From: an uncultured Candidatus Binatia bacterium
GTDB taxonomy: Bacteria; Desulfobacterota; Binatia; UBA9968; CAXXLF01
NCBI GenBank assembly: GCA_965218425.1
Contig: OZ244621.1
Coordinates: 4,192,001-4,256,000 of the forward strand
Reading direction: 5' to 3'
DNA: 64,000 nt
A program made the translations under genes and the position numbers. The notes under the pieces were generated by a model that was given only the letters and a program-made list of their open reading frames with translations, searched no databases and was not told where the DNA came from. Each line of letters starts with the position of its first letter. Position 1 is the first letter of the stretch. Positions 10,118-20,663 of the stretch are shown piece after piece.

Positions 10118-11227
10118 CTATGGTACGTAACTATTGACCAAACCGGCAAGCCACTTCAGGTCTTTTTCGCCAATGCGCTGGTTCAACAAGCCTTTTATCC
10201 GTTTCTCTGTGGCGATCCCTCCGGTAAAGTTTTCAATCACTGCGTCTTTCGATCCAATTCGCTTCTGGAAGAGCTCCTGGATCTTGGGATCGGCATAGGT
10301 CTCCTCGATGACCTGTCTCATGAACTGCACCAGGTGATCTGGCGTCCCTGGTGGCATGACCCAGCAAAAGCCCCCGCTCTGGAGAGACTCCATCCGTTTG
10401 GCCCAAGACTTATAAGGTTCTTGCCATTTATTCCCGCCCAAGTCCCACCAGGTGGGAATGTCGGGAAAAAGTGGCGCGCGTTTTGCCGCGGTGATTGCAA
10501 ATATGCGCAGGTCGCCCTTCTTCAGGGCCTCTCTTTCACGAACCGCAGTTAATGTCGCTGTAGCGCCGTATAAGTCCACCTCTCCCGTTTTCAAAGCGAG
10601 GAGACCCGGAGCAGCTCCACGATAGCCCAGGACAAAACGACACTTTAAACCGAAGTTTTTGCATGCCAATGCATAAGTGACCGGGGTCGTCGAAAATCGG
10701 CCTCCGCCTCCTAGCCTAATGACGGCGGCTTTTTTCAGATCATTGTAGTTTTTATAGGGAAGACTTCCGCGCATGAAGAGTATGTTGCCGATGGGAGAAG
10801 CGCTTGACAACCACCGGAACTTAGCCAGGTCGTAGTTAACTCCTGGGGCCTTGGTGATCTGATTCCAAAGCACAACAGGTCCGTTAATATGCATCAGGTG
10901 CAGGCCTAGTTTCCTCGATCGAGCAAAGACATTTGCCGAGGCGATGAATCGGCGCAGGTCGCTCTGGATAATCACCGCCTTGGTTCCGGTAACCTTTCGC
11001 AAACGGCTACTGATGAGGCGCGGGATCAGGTCAAAGGTGCCGCCAGGGGAAGCCGCGACTTTCACGGTAATGGTCTTACCCTTATAAAACTGGCGCGCTT
11101 GCTCGGCCGAACTTGCCATTTCCTGGCCGTAGGCCCTAACGCTAATCAAAGTAAAAAGTAAAATTGTAGCGCAGACTGATTTCATTAGATGATTCACAAG
11201 ATTCCTCCTTTCTCTCTGTACGCTCAC
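10118..11227 (-). CDS. tctC: Tripartite tricarboxylate transporter substrate-binding protein (Bug family)
   Basis: FYKGKTI, SPGGTFD, GYRG, GEVD, FPDIPT, PPGTP motifs; signal peptide. Confidence 0.88.
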   Translation of the reverse strand: MSVQRERRNLVNHLMKSVCATILLFTLISVRAYGQEMASSAEQARQFYKGKTITVKVAASPGGTFDLIPRLISSRLRKVTGTKAVIIQSDLRRFIASANVFARSRKLGLHLMHINGPVVLWNQITKAPGVNYDLAKFRWLSSASPIGNILFMRGSLPYKNYNDLKKAAVIRLGGGGRFSTTPVTYALACKNFGLKCRFVLGYRGAAPGLLALKTGEVDLYGATATLTAVREREALKKGDLRIFAITAAKRAPLFPDIPTWWDLGGNKWQEPYKSWAKRMESLQSGGFCWVMPPGTPDHLVQFMRQVIEETYADPKIQELFQKRIGSKDAVIENFTGGIATEKRIKGLLNQRIGEKDLKWLAGLVNSYVP

Positions 11228-11643
11228 CTCTAAAATCGCCTTGACAATAATTTCATCCCACGCCCATCGCCGAAACTTATTTAATCCAACGGTCTCAGAT
11301 TACAAGGGAAACTATCCGATAATCGGGCCTCATGTCAACCAAAGTGTACTGGATCAGTACGTTCAGGACGACGAAGACTTGACTCCGACGAAACGGAGAA
11401 ATAGAGAGCTTTGTAAAGATGACCTAGGGTTGTGTTTTCAGATTTGACTTGACCGGCAGTTATGGGTATTGTCCACTCAAATGGAAGCGCAGGCAGAGCA
11501 TTTTTGGAGCCTGCGGGGCCATGTGAAGGGTCTGCAGTCAGTGGTTGGTACCATAATTTTCAATTTCCGGTGGCTATCTCTCAATGGCAAATTTCGATTA
11601 ATTTGATGACCAGTGGGCCGGGATGTTTCAGAAAGGAGTCAAT

Positions 11644-12771
11644 ATGAAAAGGACTTATGGGTGGTTTACATCTGTTCTCGGCGTAGTGATTTTTATCCTT
11701 TTTTCGGTTCCATCCGTTGACAAAGTAAAGGCTCAAGCAGCCGGGGGAGCGGAATGGGAAAAGATTGTCGAAGGGGCCAAGAAGGAAAAGCGACTTGTCA
11801 TTTACGGAAGCTCTAGTTATCAACAGGTCTTTTACGAGTTTCAAAAGAAATACCCCGAAATTAAAGTGGTAGGCTTTTTTTCCCGGGGCAGGAGGGTTGC
11901 GCAAAGGATGCTTGCGGAACGCAGAGGCGGGAAATACCTTGCGGATATTTACATTAACGGTGCCTGGACGGGGTACGGAGTCATGTACAAGAGCAGGGTC
12001 CTTGATCCCATGCCGCCCGCCCTGGTCTTACCCGAGGTTGTGGATAAATCGAAGTGGTGGAACGGCGAGCACCACTACGTGGACGACGACGGGAAATATC
12101 TTTTGGGTTTTAACGGTGTGAGTTTCATGGCCAACTCCTACAATACCAACATGGTAAATCCGAAGGACTTCAAATCCTACTGGGACTTTCTTGATCCGAA
12201 ATGGAAGGGGAAAATCGCAATGTTGGAGCCGACGTTTGCTCCGGCGGGTCCCTCGGTTTCGCATATATACTACGATCCCACTCTTGGCCCGAAATATCTC
12301 AGGAGACTTTTGACCGAGATGGATGTCACCATTAGTCGCGACTCCCGTCAGATCGGAGACTGGTTGGCCTCGGGAAAATATGCCATTTCAATGTTTAACG
12401 TGATAGGAAGAGCTGATATCGACCTGGCCAAGAAACAAGGGCTTCCGGTGGACTGGTGGGGACCGGAAGCATTTAAGGAAGGCGTACCCATGAGTGTCAC
12501 CAGTGGACTTGTAGCTCTCATCAACAGGGCACCCCACCCCAACGCCGCGCGGTTGGGAATCAACTGGCTCCTTTCCCGGGAAGGCCAGATGGCATACCAG
12601 AAGGTCACTGAAGGCAACTCCCTGAGAGTCGATATTCCAAAAGACGATGTACCCTCCTATGCCCTAAGAAAAAAGGGCATCAAATATGTCAAAACGGAGC
12701 AGCCTCGGTATCTCGACATGACGCCGATTCGCAAGCTCGTTAGCGACGTGCGGAAGAAGCAAAGAAGGTAG
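11644..12771 (+). CDS. ABC transporter extracellular solute-binding protein
   Basis: WEKIVEGAKKE, LDPKWKGKI, APHPNAARLGINWLLSREGQ; AAAGGAG RBS. Confidence 0.9.
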   Translation: MKRTYGWFTSVLGVVIFILFSVPSVDKVKAQAAGGAEWEKIVEGAKKEKRLVIYGSSSYQQVFYEFQKKYPEIKVVGFFSRGRRVAQRMLAERRGGKYLADIYINGAWTGYGVMYKSRVLDPMPPALVLPEVVDKSKWWNGEHHYVDDDGKYLLGFNGVSFMANSYNTNMVNPKDFKSYWDFLDPKWKGKIAMLEPTFAPAGPSVSHIYYDPTLGPKYLRRLLTEMDVTISRDSRQIGDWLASGKYAISMFNVIGRADIDLAKKQGLPVDWWGPEAFKEGVPMSVTSGLVALINRAPHPNAARLGINWLLSREGQMAYQKVTEGNSLRVDIPKDDVPSYALRKKGIKYVKTEQPRYLDMTPIRKLVSDVRKKQRR

Positions 12772-12841
12772 CGGTAGTTTCCGGCGTGACAGCTAGCTTT
12801 TCCATGGGAGTAGCGCTAACCCAAAATTCGGAGGAAAAACC

Positions 12842-13912
12842 ATGACGGTACTAGATGCTGACGGGCACGTAGAAGAGTCTCAAGCGATGTTTAGCTTTCT
12901 CGACAAAGATTGTTATCCGAGGAGACCCATCCCACTGGGATTTGCATCCGACACGGTTTACGGAGAATGTAACGCGGTCTGGCTTATCGATGGCAAGAGC
13001 TATCCGAAACTCACCGGAAAGGGGGGCGTCCGTTTCGTGACCCCCACTCTCATGGAACGCGCAAGAAAGAAGCCTTTTTCCATTCCAGCGCAAGAGCTAA
13101 CAGACGTAGCGGCGAGGCTCGGGGACCTGGACAGAGCTGGGATCCACAAGCAGGTGGTTTATCCCACACTCTTCTTGACCACTACCACCGACGATCTGAA
13201 GCTCGAGGCGGCTCTGTTTCGAGCCTACAATGATTTCATGGCCGATGCCTGTAATAAATCTGGAGGTAGAATAAAGTTCGCCGCACAGGTTCCCATCAGA
13301 GACATTCAGGAATCCATGGCGGAACTGCGAAGAACCAAACAACTCGGGGCGGTGTCGGTAATGCTGCTGGGAGTGGCCTGGGACAAAAGCCTGGGAAAGG
13401 AGGACCTGTATCCCTTCTATGAAGAGGCTGCCAGTTTGGATATGCCGGTTTGCATCCACTTCGGGTGGGGTTGTCCTGCCATCACGGACGCCTTTGACGC
13501 CACCGACACCTTCAACAGCGCGGTCCTTCCGGTGCTGATGGGCTTTCGCAGCGTTATGGCAACGGGGCTACTGGAAGCCATTCCCAAACTACGATTTGGA
13601 TTTCTGGAGAGTGGTTCTCAATGGGTGCCCTATCTGATTCATCAATTAAAGCGGGGCGGAAGACTAAGCAAAGATCCGGCTGAATATTTTAAGGAAGGAA
13701 GGGTTTATATCGCTTGCGAGGCAGACGAGGACATTAATTATCTGACCAATTTGATTGGTGAAGACGCGCTGGTGACAGCGTCCGACTACCCTCACGGAGA
13801 CCCCTCTCACGAAGAAAATATGGCCCAAGCCATCATGGCGCGGGAGGATGTGCCGCTGAGAGTGAGGGAGAAAGTTCTCTCCACCAATCCTCAGAGGTTG
13901 TATGGATTTTGA
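12842..13912 (+). CDS. Amidohydrolase-2 family protein
   Basis: LDADGH, VVYPT, RAYNDF, PVCIH, ASDYPH, NPQRLY. Confidence 0.92.
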   Translation: MTVLDADGHVEESQAMFSFLDKDCYPRRPIPLGFASDTVYGECNAVWLIDGKSYPKLTGKGGVRFVTPTLMERARKKPFSIPAQELTDVAARLGDLDRAGIHKQVVYPTLFLTTTTDDLKLEAALFRAYNDFMADACNKSGGRIKFAAQVPIRDIQESMAELRRTKQLGAVSVMLLGVAWDKSLGKEDLYPFYEEAASLDMPVCIHFGWGCPAITDAFDATDTFNSAVLPVLMGFRSVMATGLLEAIPKLRFGFLESGSQWVPYLIHQLKRGGRLSKDPAEYFKEGRVYIACEADEDINYLTNLIGEDALVTASDYPHGDPSHEENMAQAIMAREDVPLRVREKVLSTNPQRLYGF

Positions 13913-13947
13913 ATGATCGAGGCGAAGAGAAAAACACATTCACATAG

Positions 13948-14781
13948 GTGGAAAAACCCATGAACCCTTATAAGCACGAGACCCTGACTGTGGGGGATAT
14001 CGAAACCCACTACCTGGAGGCCGGCAAGGGACCCCATCTCGTACTGCTCCATGGGGGAGAATACGGAGCGTCGGCGGAGACCACCTGGAAGTTCAACATG
14101 GAGTCTCTGGGAAATGATTTCCATGTGATTGCCCCGGACCTGCTGGGATACGGGCAAACCGACAAGATCTATTCCTTTTCCGATCCCGCCGGCTTCAGGA
14201 TTAAGCACCTCAGCCGCTTCCTGAAAACCATTGGAATGGAAAGGGCCTATTTCGTCGGGAACTCAGCGGGCGGAGGATTAGCTCTTCGCGCCGCCGCAAT
14301 GAACCCTTCACCCTTCCCAATCGAAAAAATAGTGACCGTCTGCGGCAATGCTGGCCTCTTCAAAACCGAAGCCCAGAGTCGTCTGCAAAATTACTCCTCA
14401 AGTCTGCAGAGCATGGAAGAAATCATGGGACTTCTCTTTCACGACCGAGAGTCCTTGTCTAGAGAACTGATTCAAGAGCGATTCGAGGTTTCACTGATTC
14501 CGGGATCCTGGGAGACCCTTTCCGCCGCACGGCTGAAAAGACCAGGCTACGAAAGGACTCCCTTTACCGACACCTTTGTAAAGCAGCTCGCATCCATCAA
14601 AATCCCTCTTCTCATCATATCCTGCGCCCACGACCAGCTCAACCCCAGGGGCTGGGACAATCAATTGCAAGATATGATTCCGGACTCGAAGATTCACCGC
14701 TTCCTCAACTCCGCCCATGAACCGCAAATCGAAGAGGCCGAAGAATTTGCTCGCGCGCTTCGAAAGTTTCTGACCGACTAA
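13948..14781 (+). CDS. Alpha/beta hydrolase (meta-cleavage-product hydrolase-like)
   Basis: LLHGG, APDLLGYG, nucleophile elbow GNSAGG, acid D in HDQL, catalytic H in SAHEPQIE. Confidence 0.9.
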   Translation: MEKPMNPYKHETLTVGDIETHYLEAGKGPHLVLLHGGEYGASAETTWKFNMESLGNDFHVIAPDLLGYGQTDKIYSFSDPAGFRIKHLSRFLKTIGMERAYFVGNSAGGGLALRAAAMNPSPFPIEKIVTVCGNAGLFKTEAQSRLQNYSSSLQSMEEIMGLLFHDRESLSRELIQERFEVSLIPGSWETLSAARLKRPGYERTPFTDTFVKQLASIKIPLLIISCAHDQLNPRGWDNQLQDMIPDSKIHRFLNSAHEPQIEEAEEFARALRKFLTD

Positions 14782-14954
14782 ATGCGATTCTTTCCACCTT
14801 GCAATGGAGCCGAACCTGTCCTAAAGCAACGGTCATGAAGTTAGGAAACTCCGAACGAGAGTTAAAGAACCAATCTGAAGTCCATGCCCTTAACCACCCC
14901 GGGTACCGTTACGAGCATGAACACGACTCCACTTGAGCTGTCAAGGAGGACACC

Positions 14955-16043
14955 ATGGCCGAACTAAGCCGCGCAGTGACCTTAACGGCCCCCAATCGTC
15001 TCGAGCTCCGCGAATATCCGCTCCCGGACATTCCCCCGGACGGCGGGGTTGTCGCCGTAGAGATGGGTGGCGTCTGTGGCACAGATGTCAAATACTACCA
15101 TGGCAAGATAGAGCTTCCTCTGCCCATCATTCTGGGACACGAGATCCTGGGGCGCGTAGCCAAGCTGGGAAAGGAGGCGGCTCGGATCCATGGTCTCAAG
15201 GAGGGAGACCGGATCATTCTCAAAGGAGCGTTGGGTTGCGGCCGTTGCGCCGACTGCCGGCGGGGCGCGGCACGATTCTGCACGAAGAGAACCAGCTATG
15301 GAGGACGCACCCCTTGCACTGAACCGCCGCATCTATTTGGCGGGTTTGCCGATTTTATTTATCTGGCCCCGGATGTCCTTGCCACAAAAGTCAGTAATGA
15401 TCTTCCCGCTGAAGCAGCGGTGCTTATTGGATCTGTCATGGCCAACGGTTTTCAGTGGGCCATCCGTCAGGGAGGAGTGAGGATGGGGGACTTCGTTCTC
15501 ATCCAGGGGCCCGGGCAGCAAGGATTGTCTTGTACCTTTGCGGCCGCGCAGGCAGGGGCGGCCCGAATCTTTGTCACTGGTATCACCAGAGATCCGGAAC
15601 GCCTTGAGTTGGCCAAACGGTTCGGTGCCCATCGAACCATCAACGTCGAAAGGGAAAACGTTCTCGATGTCATTGCTGCGGAAACCGACGGCGCCATGGT
15701 GGATGTGGTGGTGGACGTTTCGGGAAATCCGGCGGCCATCCAGACATCCATTGACTGCCTGCGGCGCCAGGGAACTATGGTACTCGCCGGATTGACCGGC
15801 GGCGCGACGTCAACACCCATTGTGACGGACAAATTTGTTTGGAAGGAGATTCGACTTCAGGGAGCGTTTACAGCCGACAACGATGCCACGGAAGCCTCCA
15901 TGCGCTTGCTGGAGGCGACGAAGTTTCCTGTCCAGGAGATGGTTAGCCATGTATTTCCCCTGGAGGAAACCGAACGCTGCATTCAGGCCGTGGGAGGCGA
16001 AGTTTCTGGACTCTATCCCACCAAGGCGCTGATCAAACCTTGA
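14955..16043 (+). CDS. Zinc-binding alcohol dehydrogenase family protein
   Basis: CGTD, GHE, CGRCADC-x7-C structural zinc site, GPGQQG. Confidence 0.93.
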   Translation: MAELSRAVTLTAPNRLELREYPLPDIPPDGGVVAVEMGGVCGTDVKYYHGKIELPLPIILGHEILGRVAKLGKEAARIHGLKEGDRIILKGALGCGRCADCRRGAARFCTKRTSYGGRTPCTEPPHLFGGFADFIYLAPDVLATKVSNDLPAEAAVLIGSVMANGFQWAIRQGGVRMGDFVLIQGPGQQGLSCTFAAAQAGAARIFVTGITRDPERLELAKRFGAHRTINVERENVLDVIAAETDGAMVDVVVDVSGNPAAIQTSIDCLRRQGTMVLAGLTGGATSTPIVTDKFVWKEIRLQGAFTADNDATEASMRLLEATKFPVQEMVSHVFPLEETERCIQAVGGEVSGLYPTKALIKP

Positions 16044-16108
16044 CCCTTTGTTAGTAGCGGGCCCTAGCCTGGCGTCAAATTCTTGGGAAGATGGGTTTAG
16101 AGGGTCGC

Positions 16109-17281
16109 TTATGTGGGGATATCCTGTAAAAACATTTCCTTGGGCAAGTCCTTACCCAGACCCAGTTTCCTGGCGTTGTCATAGATTCGGCCACCCACGC
16201 TTGCAAACTGGATCCCCTGAATGCCTGAGCTCGCCCCGATATCCCCCTCCAGGGTGCCAAAGGACTGGGTAGCAAGGGTCGTGATTTCGTCATCCCGGGT
16301 TCTCTGGTAACGCTGACCTTTTTCCCAGTTCATGCAATCAACATAGCGCGCATTGGGATAGCGCTCATCCCCCTTGGAGTTCTGGGAACGCCCGCCCCCC
16401 TTTGGAATCTTAGCCCGTTCATGGGGTTGCCCGGCCAGATAACACATGGTGTTCACCCTAAGAGCAAAATCGTCGTCGATGAAACCCGCCACTGAAGGCG
16501 CCCTGCGGCGAACCAGAAGCCCCACCGTATTGATTCGTTGGTAGGCATCGGGGCTCAGCTCCGACGCCATGACGTTTGCGATATGAACCCCTGGCTCAAG
16601 CCACTCCCCTTGGATCACGGGGCTGTAGGAATTCGTACAGGCTGCAACGATGTCGGCGCCGCGCAGGGCCTCTTCGGGTCTGCTCACCGGGATCACCTCG
16701 CACTCCAGAACCTGGGAGACTTCGTCTGCATATTTTCTCAAGTTGGCCTGTGTGGGGCTGTACACCTTGATGGTGCTGATGTCGCGGATGGCGCAAAAGG
16801 CTTTGGCAAAACTACGAGCCATGCCGCCTGATCCAATCATGGCCAGAACCTTTGCTCCTGGTCGCGCAAGATACTTCGCCCCGATAGCAGCGGTGGAAGC
16901 CACGCGCAAGTGCTGTACGAACCCGTCGTTCATGATGGCGAGAAGCTCCGCGTTGTGGACGCTGAACAACATGACCAACCCACCGTAGAGTCCCGGTTCG
17001 GAACAATAGGTAACCCGTCGCCGCATACCGTTTACCATGGGCCACGAGATGATGTCGGGTTTGATGCGCAACGCGTAATAGCCTGGCTCTTTCATACCCC
17101 CTTCCATGGAGCTGAAAGAAAAAAATTCATCTGGACGTTTTGACGGGATGAGGTTGTCCACCCGAGGACGCCGGATGGCATCGCCCCGGGCCATTTGCCG
17201 GATGCCGTCTTCCAGCGCCTCAATGGCCTCCTGCGACGTAATGCATTGTTCCTGGTCCTGATTGCTTAAAAACAGTGCCAT
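16109..17281 (-). CDS. Ornithine cyclodeaminase/mu-crystallin family protein
   Basis: LRVASTAAIGAKYLAR, IGSGGMA, ADIVAACT, WLEPGVHI. Confidence 0.88.
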   Translation of the reverse strand: MALFLSNQDQEQCITSQEAIEALEDGIRQMARGDAIRRPRVDNLIPSKRPDEFFSFSSMEGGMKEPGYYALRIKPDIISWPMVNGMRRRVTYCSEPGLYGGLVMLFSVHNAELLAIMNDGFVQHLRVASTAAIGAKYLARPGAKVLAMIGSGGMARSFAKAFCAIRDISTIKVYSPTQANLRKYADEVSQVLECEVIPVSRPEEALRGADIVAACTNSYSPVIQGEWLEPGVHIANVMASELSPDAYQRINTVGLLVRRRAPSVAGFIDDDFALRVNTMCYLAGQPHERAKIPKGGGRSQNSKGDERYPNARYVDCMNWEKGQRYQRTRDDEITTLATQSFGTLEGDIGASSGIQGIQFASVGGRIYDNARKLGLGKDLPKEMFLQDIPT

Positions 17282-17313
17282 GACACCTCCTCGTTTCTCC
17301 TAGCACCGGGCCT

Positions 17314-18348
17314 TTAGAGCCCATACAAGGCTCTTGGATTTGCATCGAGGATCTTTTCCACGGCATCACGGGACACCGATGACTCCCGCCTCAGCGTTTG
17401 CAACGCCTCCAACTCGGTGGAGTTGTCCGAGTGTCCGTAGTCGGTACCCAACACGATGTTGTCCTCGCCGGCGTATTTGAGCACATGGGGGAGGTCATCG
17501 TCCATCTGGCACGCAACATAAATCCTGCTGTCACGGAACAAATTGTAGGGGATCTGGCTATCACGCTTGTGCTCCCCTCTGGGCCTCCCGATGGAATGCA
17601 TGAGGTAGGGTACCCACTGCGCGCTGACCTCGACAAAGCCGAACCGAAGGTCGGGAAAACGATCGGGGATTCCGCCGGAAACGATGGTCTCAAAGGCACT
17701 GATCACGGAAAGCTTGAACTTCATAAAGCCACCTCCGCCGGGAGCCTTATTATACAATTCGAGCAGTTCGGCTGAGCCGATGCCCGCATGGAAGCACACG
17801 GGCATGTTCAAGCGACTTGCCTCCTCGTAGAGAGGGAAGAAGTAAGGATCGGAAGGATGCCGGTTACCCTCGAACCCCCGATGCAACAAACCGCACGCGC
17901 CGTTATTCTTTGCAATGTTCAATTCTTCGATTGACCTATCAATGCTCATGAGCGGCATCACGGCGACCCATCGCAGTCGCCCCTTCCCCTGCCGCCAGGC
18001 ATCACCAAGCCACCGGTTGTAGCTCCGGCAGATGGCGAGCTCCACTTCGGGATGGCTGAAGATCACACTTGTCCAGATGGACGGATAGAGCACCTGGATA
18101 TCGGTCCCCAGCTCATCCATATGGCGCAACCGCGCGGCAACGTCGGAGAGTTCCCGGCATTCCTTGAAGGCATCACGTCCCACGTTTCCGCCCCTGTTCC
18201 GTGCCTTGCCCTCGATAACCCAAAATTGCCTGGGGGGATCCGTCTGGGAGATGACGGGAAGGGGTCTGTACTGAGCATCGGGGCCTTCCATATACTGCCA
18301 GGTGGCATCGGTTTCGATAACGTGACTATCCGCGTCAATGGTCGCCAT
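17314..18348 (-). CDS. Amidohydrolase-2 family protein
   Basis: IDADSH, QVLYPS, SYNRWL, PVCFH, GTDYGH, NPRALY. Confidence 0.92.
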   Translation of the reverse strand: MATIDADSHVIETDATWQYMEGPDAQYRPLPVISQTDPPRQFWVIEGKARNRGGNVGRDAFKECRELSDVAARLRHMDELGTDIQVLYPSIWTSVIFSHPEVELAICRSYNRWLGDAWRQGKGRLRWVAVMPLMSIDRSIEELNIAKNNGACGLLHRGFEGNRHPSDPYFFPLYEEASRLNMPVCFHAGIGSAELLELYNKAPGGGGFMKFKLSVISAFETIVSGGIPDRFPDLRFGFVEVSAQWVPYLMHSIGRPRGEHKRDSQIPYNLFRDSRIYVACQMDDDLPHVLKYAGEDNIVLGTDYGHSDNSTELEALQTLRRESSVSRDAVEKILDANPRALYGL

Positions 18349-18495
18349 GGTTCGCCTCCAAAATCAAGTTCTTTGTTCTTATCAGTGATGATTGTACCCC
18401 TCAGCCCAACGCGTTCACCCTCCACCCGGATGGCGTCTTTCGTTGAGGAAGAAGCTCCGTATTCATAGTCCGAGTCCCCTGAGTCTCCGAAAGAT

Positions 18496-19254
18496 CTAGC
18501 CGCTCTTGAACCACCACACGTTGCTGGGGTCCTGATCAAGTTGCAGTTTGTCGTCCACACGCCGCACGTAAAATCCCGAGAACTCCATGGGCGCTTGCGC
18601 CGCGAGCAGGTAAGTAGTTCCCACCAACCCGGGACCTGGCATACGGCTTCGCACATCTTCAGGGGCCTCTTCCGTAGCGATGGCACCGCCGGGCCCCGCG
18701 ATGACAACACAGACACCGTGGTCGCGAACTTCTTCCGCCACAAACCTGGTGAAGGTACGTAGGGCATCCTTGCTGACCATATAAGCACAGGCTCCAACAC
18801 GCTTTGCGGTGGCTGCCCCTCCATGGACGTTGATGATATGCCCGGACCTCTGCTTGATCATTTGAGAAAGCACATGCTTCGTACACAGCATGGTACCGGT
18901 CAGGTTGGTTTCGATCACACGATCCCAGAAGCTTTTCTCCATCTCCACGATGGGTCCCCAACTCTTCGTCCATGCCGGGTGAGTCACAAGGCCGGCATTG
19001 TTCAAGAGCACATCGATACGCCCAAAGCGTTCACTCACCGCCCTGGTTGCTCTTCGGATCTGCTCCTCACTACGGACATCCACCTGTAGAGGCAAGACTT
19101 CAACCCCTTTTTCCTCCAATTCCTTCGTAGTGTTCTCCTCCAGGACGATATCCCAAATGGAGACTTTGGCCCCGGCATCCGCATATACATTCGCCGCGTA
19201 ACGTCCAATCCCCTTGGCACCACCTGTTACAATTACGACCTTTCCATTGAGCAT
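18496..19254 (-). CDS. SDR family oxidoreductase
   Basis: TGGAKGIG, NNAG, YMVSK. Confidence 0.93.
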   Translation of the reverse strand: MLNGKVVIVTGGAKGIGRYAANVYADAGAKVSIWDIVLEENTTKELEEKGVEVLPLQVDVRSEEQIRRATRAVSERFGRIDVLLNNAGLVTHPAWTKSWGPIVEMEKSFWDRVIETNLTGTMLCTKHVLSQMIKQRSGHIINVHGGAATAKRVGACAYMVSKDALRTFTRFVAEEVRDHGVCVVIAGPGGAIATEEAPEDVRSRMPGPGLVGTTYLLAAQAPMEFSGFYVRRVDDKLQLDQDPSNVWWFKSG

Positions 19255-19435
19255 CGTAGGCCTCCCATGAGCATTAATCAGTGTATACCCGCGTTCCCTT
19301 GGCTTTTTCCATATGTATATGTAAAGGAGACATCACGCTCCTTTTTTAACCTCGTGTTAACGATCCCGGAGGTCCAAGAGACAAATGGAAGTTACCATAA
19401 CAAGGGCGGGCATTGAACGCCAATCACGTGTGAGT

Positions 19436-20482
19436 TTACAAGCGATAAAATCTTCGGGCGTTATCCACAAGGATAGCCGCCTTGTCCTCTTCCGACAGTT
19501 CCGGGTGCTCAAGGATCTCATTTATTTCGTTATGAATCTGGCCGGGACCGATTTCGTGAGGAAAATCGCTGGCAAAGAGGAAATGCTGATTCCCTACCCG
19601 TTCTATTTGGTACGCCAAGCCTCCCTCGCCGCCTTCACACCCGATCCACACATTACCATTGCAAAGGTAGTCCGCCGGTTGCTCCTGTGCAGTCGGGCCT
19701 CGGTACTTCCTGCCCAATTCATAGTATGCACCGTGGGATCGCTCCATTCGGTCCATCCAAAAGCTGGCCCAACCTGCCCCACCCTCAAGGAACCCTATCC
19801 GCAGTTGCGGATACTGTTTGAAAACTCCGTGGTAGACCATGCCTGAAAAGGCCACCATGAGGCTGAACGGATGCCCGAGAGCATGAATCGGCGTGAACGC
19901 GTCTAGCGTATCAAGCGCCATCCCGTGGTGCGCGCCTCCATGGACTCCCAGCGCACATCCCAACCGCTCTGCCTCGGCATAAACGGGCCAATAAGTTTGA
20001 TGGCCGAGATCGTAGGGAAGGCCACGGGAAGGAAGCATGGCTGCAACCATCCCCAGCTCTTTAATCGCGCGTCGCAACTCCACCACGGCCTCATCCACGT
20101 CTTGTAAAGGCAACAAAGCGACCCCCTTGAAGCGCGAATTCGCCTTCACATATCGCTCATGCAACCAGTCGTTATAGGCTTGGCAGAACATGCAAGCCCA
20201 ATCGGGATTGCTCACGTTCCCGATGGATAGTCCCTGTGTGGGATAAAGGACGGCGCACTCAAAGTTGGCGTACTCCATGAACGCCAACCACTCCTCGGGA
20301 CCAAGCCTCTTACCCCCGCCAAAGGCTTCCGAGCTACGCGGTCGATGCATGGGTAGATGATGAAAATCCAGGGAGGGCAGCAGTTTATCGAAGGACTGTT
20401 TCCTGTAAGGACCATCGATAAAATCCAATAGCGACTCGTCGGTAAATACATGCCCGTCGGCATCGATCACTTTTACGTTCAC
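19436..20482 (-). CDS. Amidohydrolase-2 family protein
   Basis: IDADGH, VLYPT, AYNDWL, LGVHGG, FASDFPH, NARRFY. Confidence 0.92.
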   Translation of the reverse strand: MNVKVIDADGHVFTDESLLDFIDGPYRKQSFDKLLPSLDFHHLPMHRPRSSEAFGGGKRLGPEEWLAFMEYANFECAVLYPTQGLSIGNVSNPDWACMFCQAYNDWLHERYVKANSRFKGVALLPLQDVDEAVVELRRAIKELGMVAAMLPSRGLPYDLGHQTYWPVYAEAERLGCALGVHGGAHHGMALDTLDAFTPIHALGHPFSLMVAFSGMVYHGVFKQYPQLRIGFLEGGAGWASFWMDRMERSHGAYYELGRKYRGPTAQEQPADYLCNGNVWIGCEGGEGGLAYQIERVGNQHFLFASDFPHEIGPGQIHNEINEILEHPELSEEDKAAILVDNARRFYRL

Positions 20483-20602
20483 CCCTAGACCTCCTCCGGT
20501 GCTCTGCCACTTTCTGTGGGCGCACAGTTCGGCACACCTGTGGAACCATTCCGAAAGCGGAATGGCGTTCGTCCGACCACTGACCTTAAAAAAGTAAGAT
20601 AG

Positions 20603-20636
20603 ATCTTATGCGGGTTAGTACTGAATTGTCAATTTC
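20603..20636 (-). promoter_or_regulatory. Sigma70-like promoter/operator, copy 1 of a 34-bp duplicated element
   Basis: TTGACA-18 bp-TAAGAT on the minus strand; 31/34 identical to 43023-43056. Confidence 0.7.
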
Positions 20637-20663
20637 CAGAACCAGCGCTCTTTGACCCAAATA

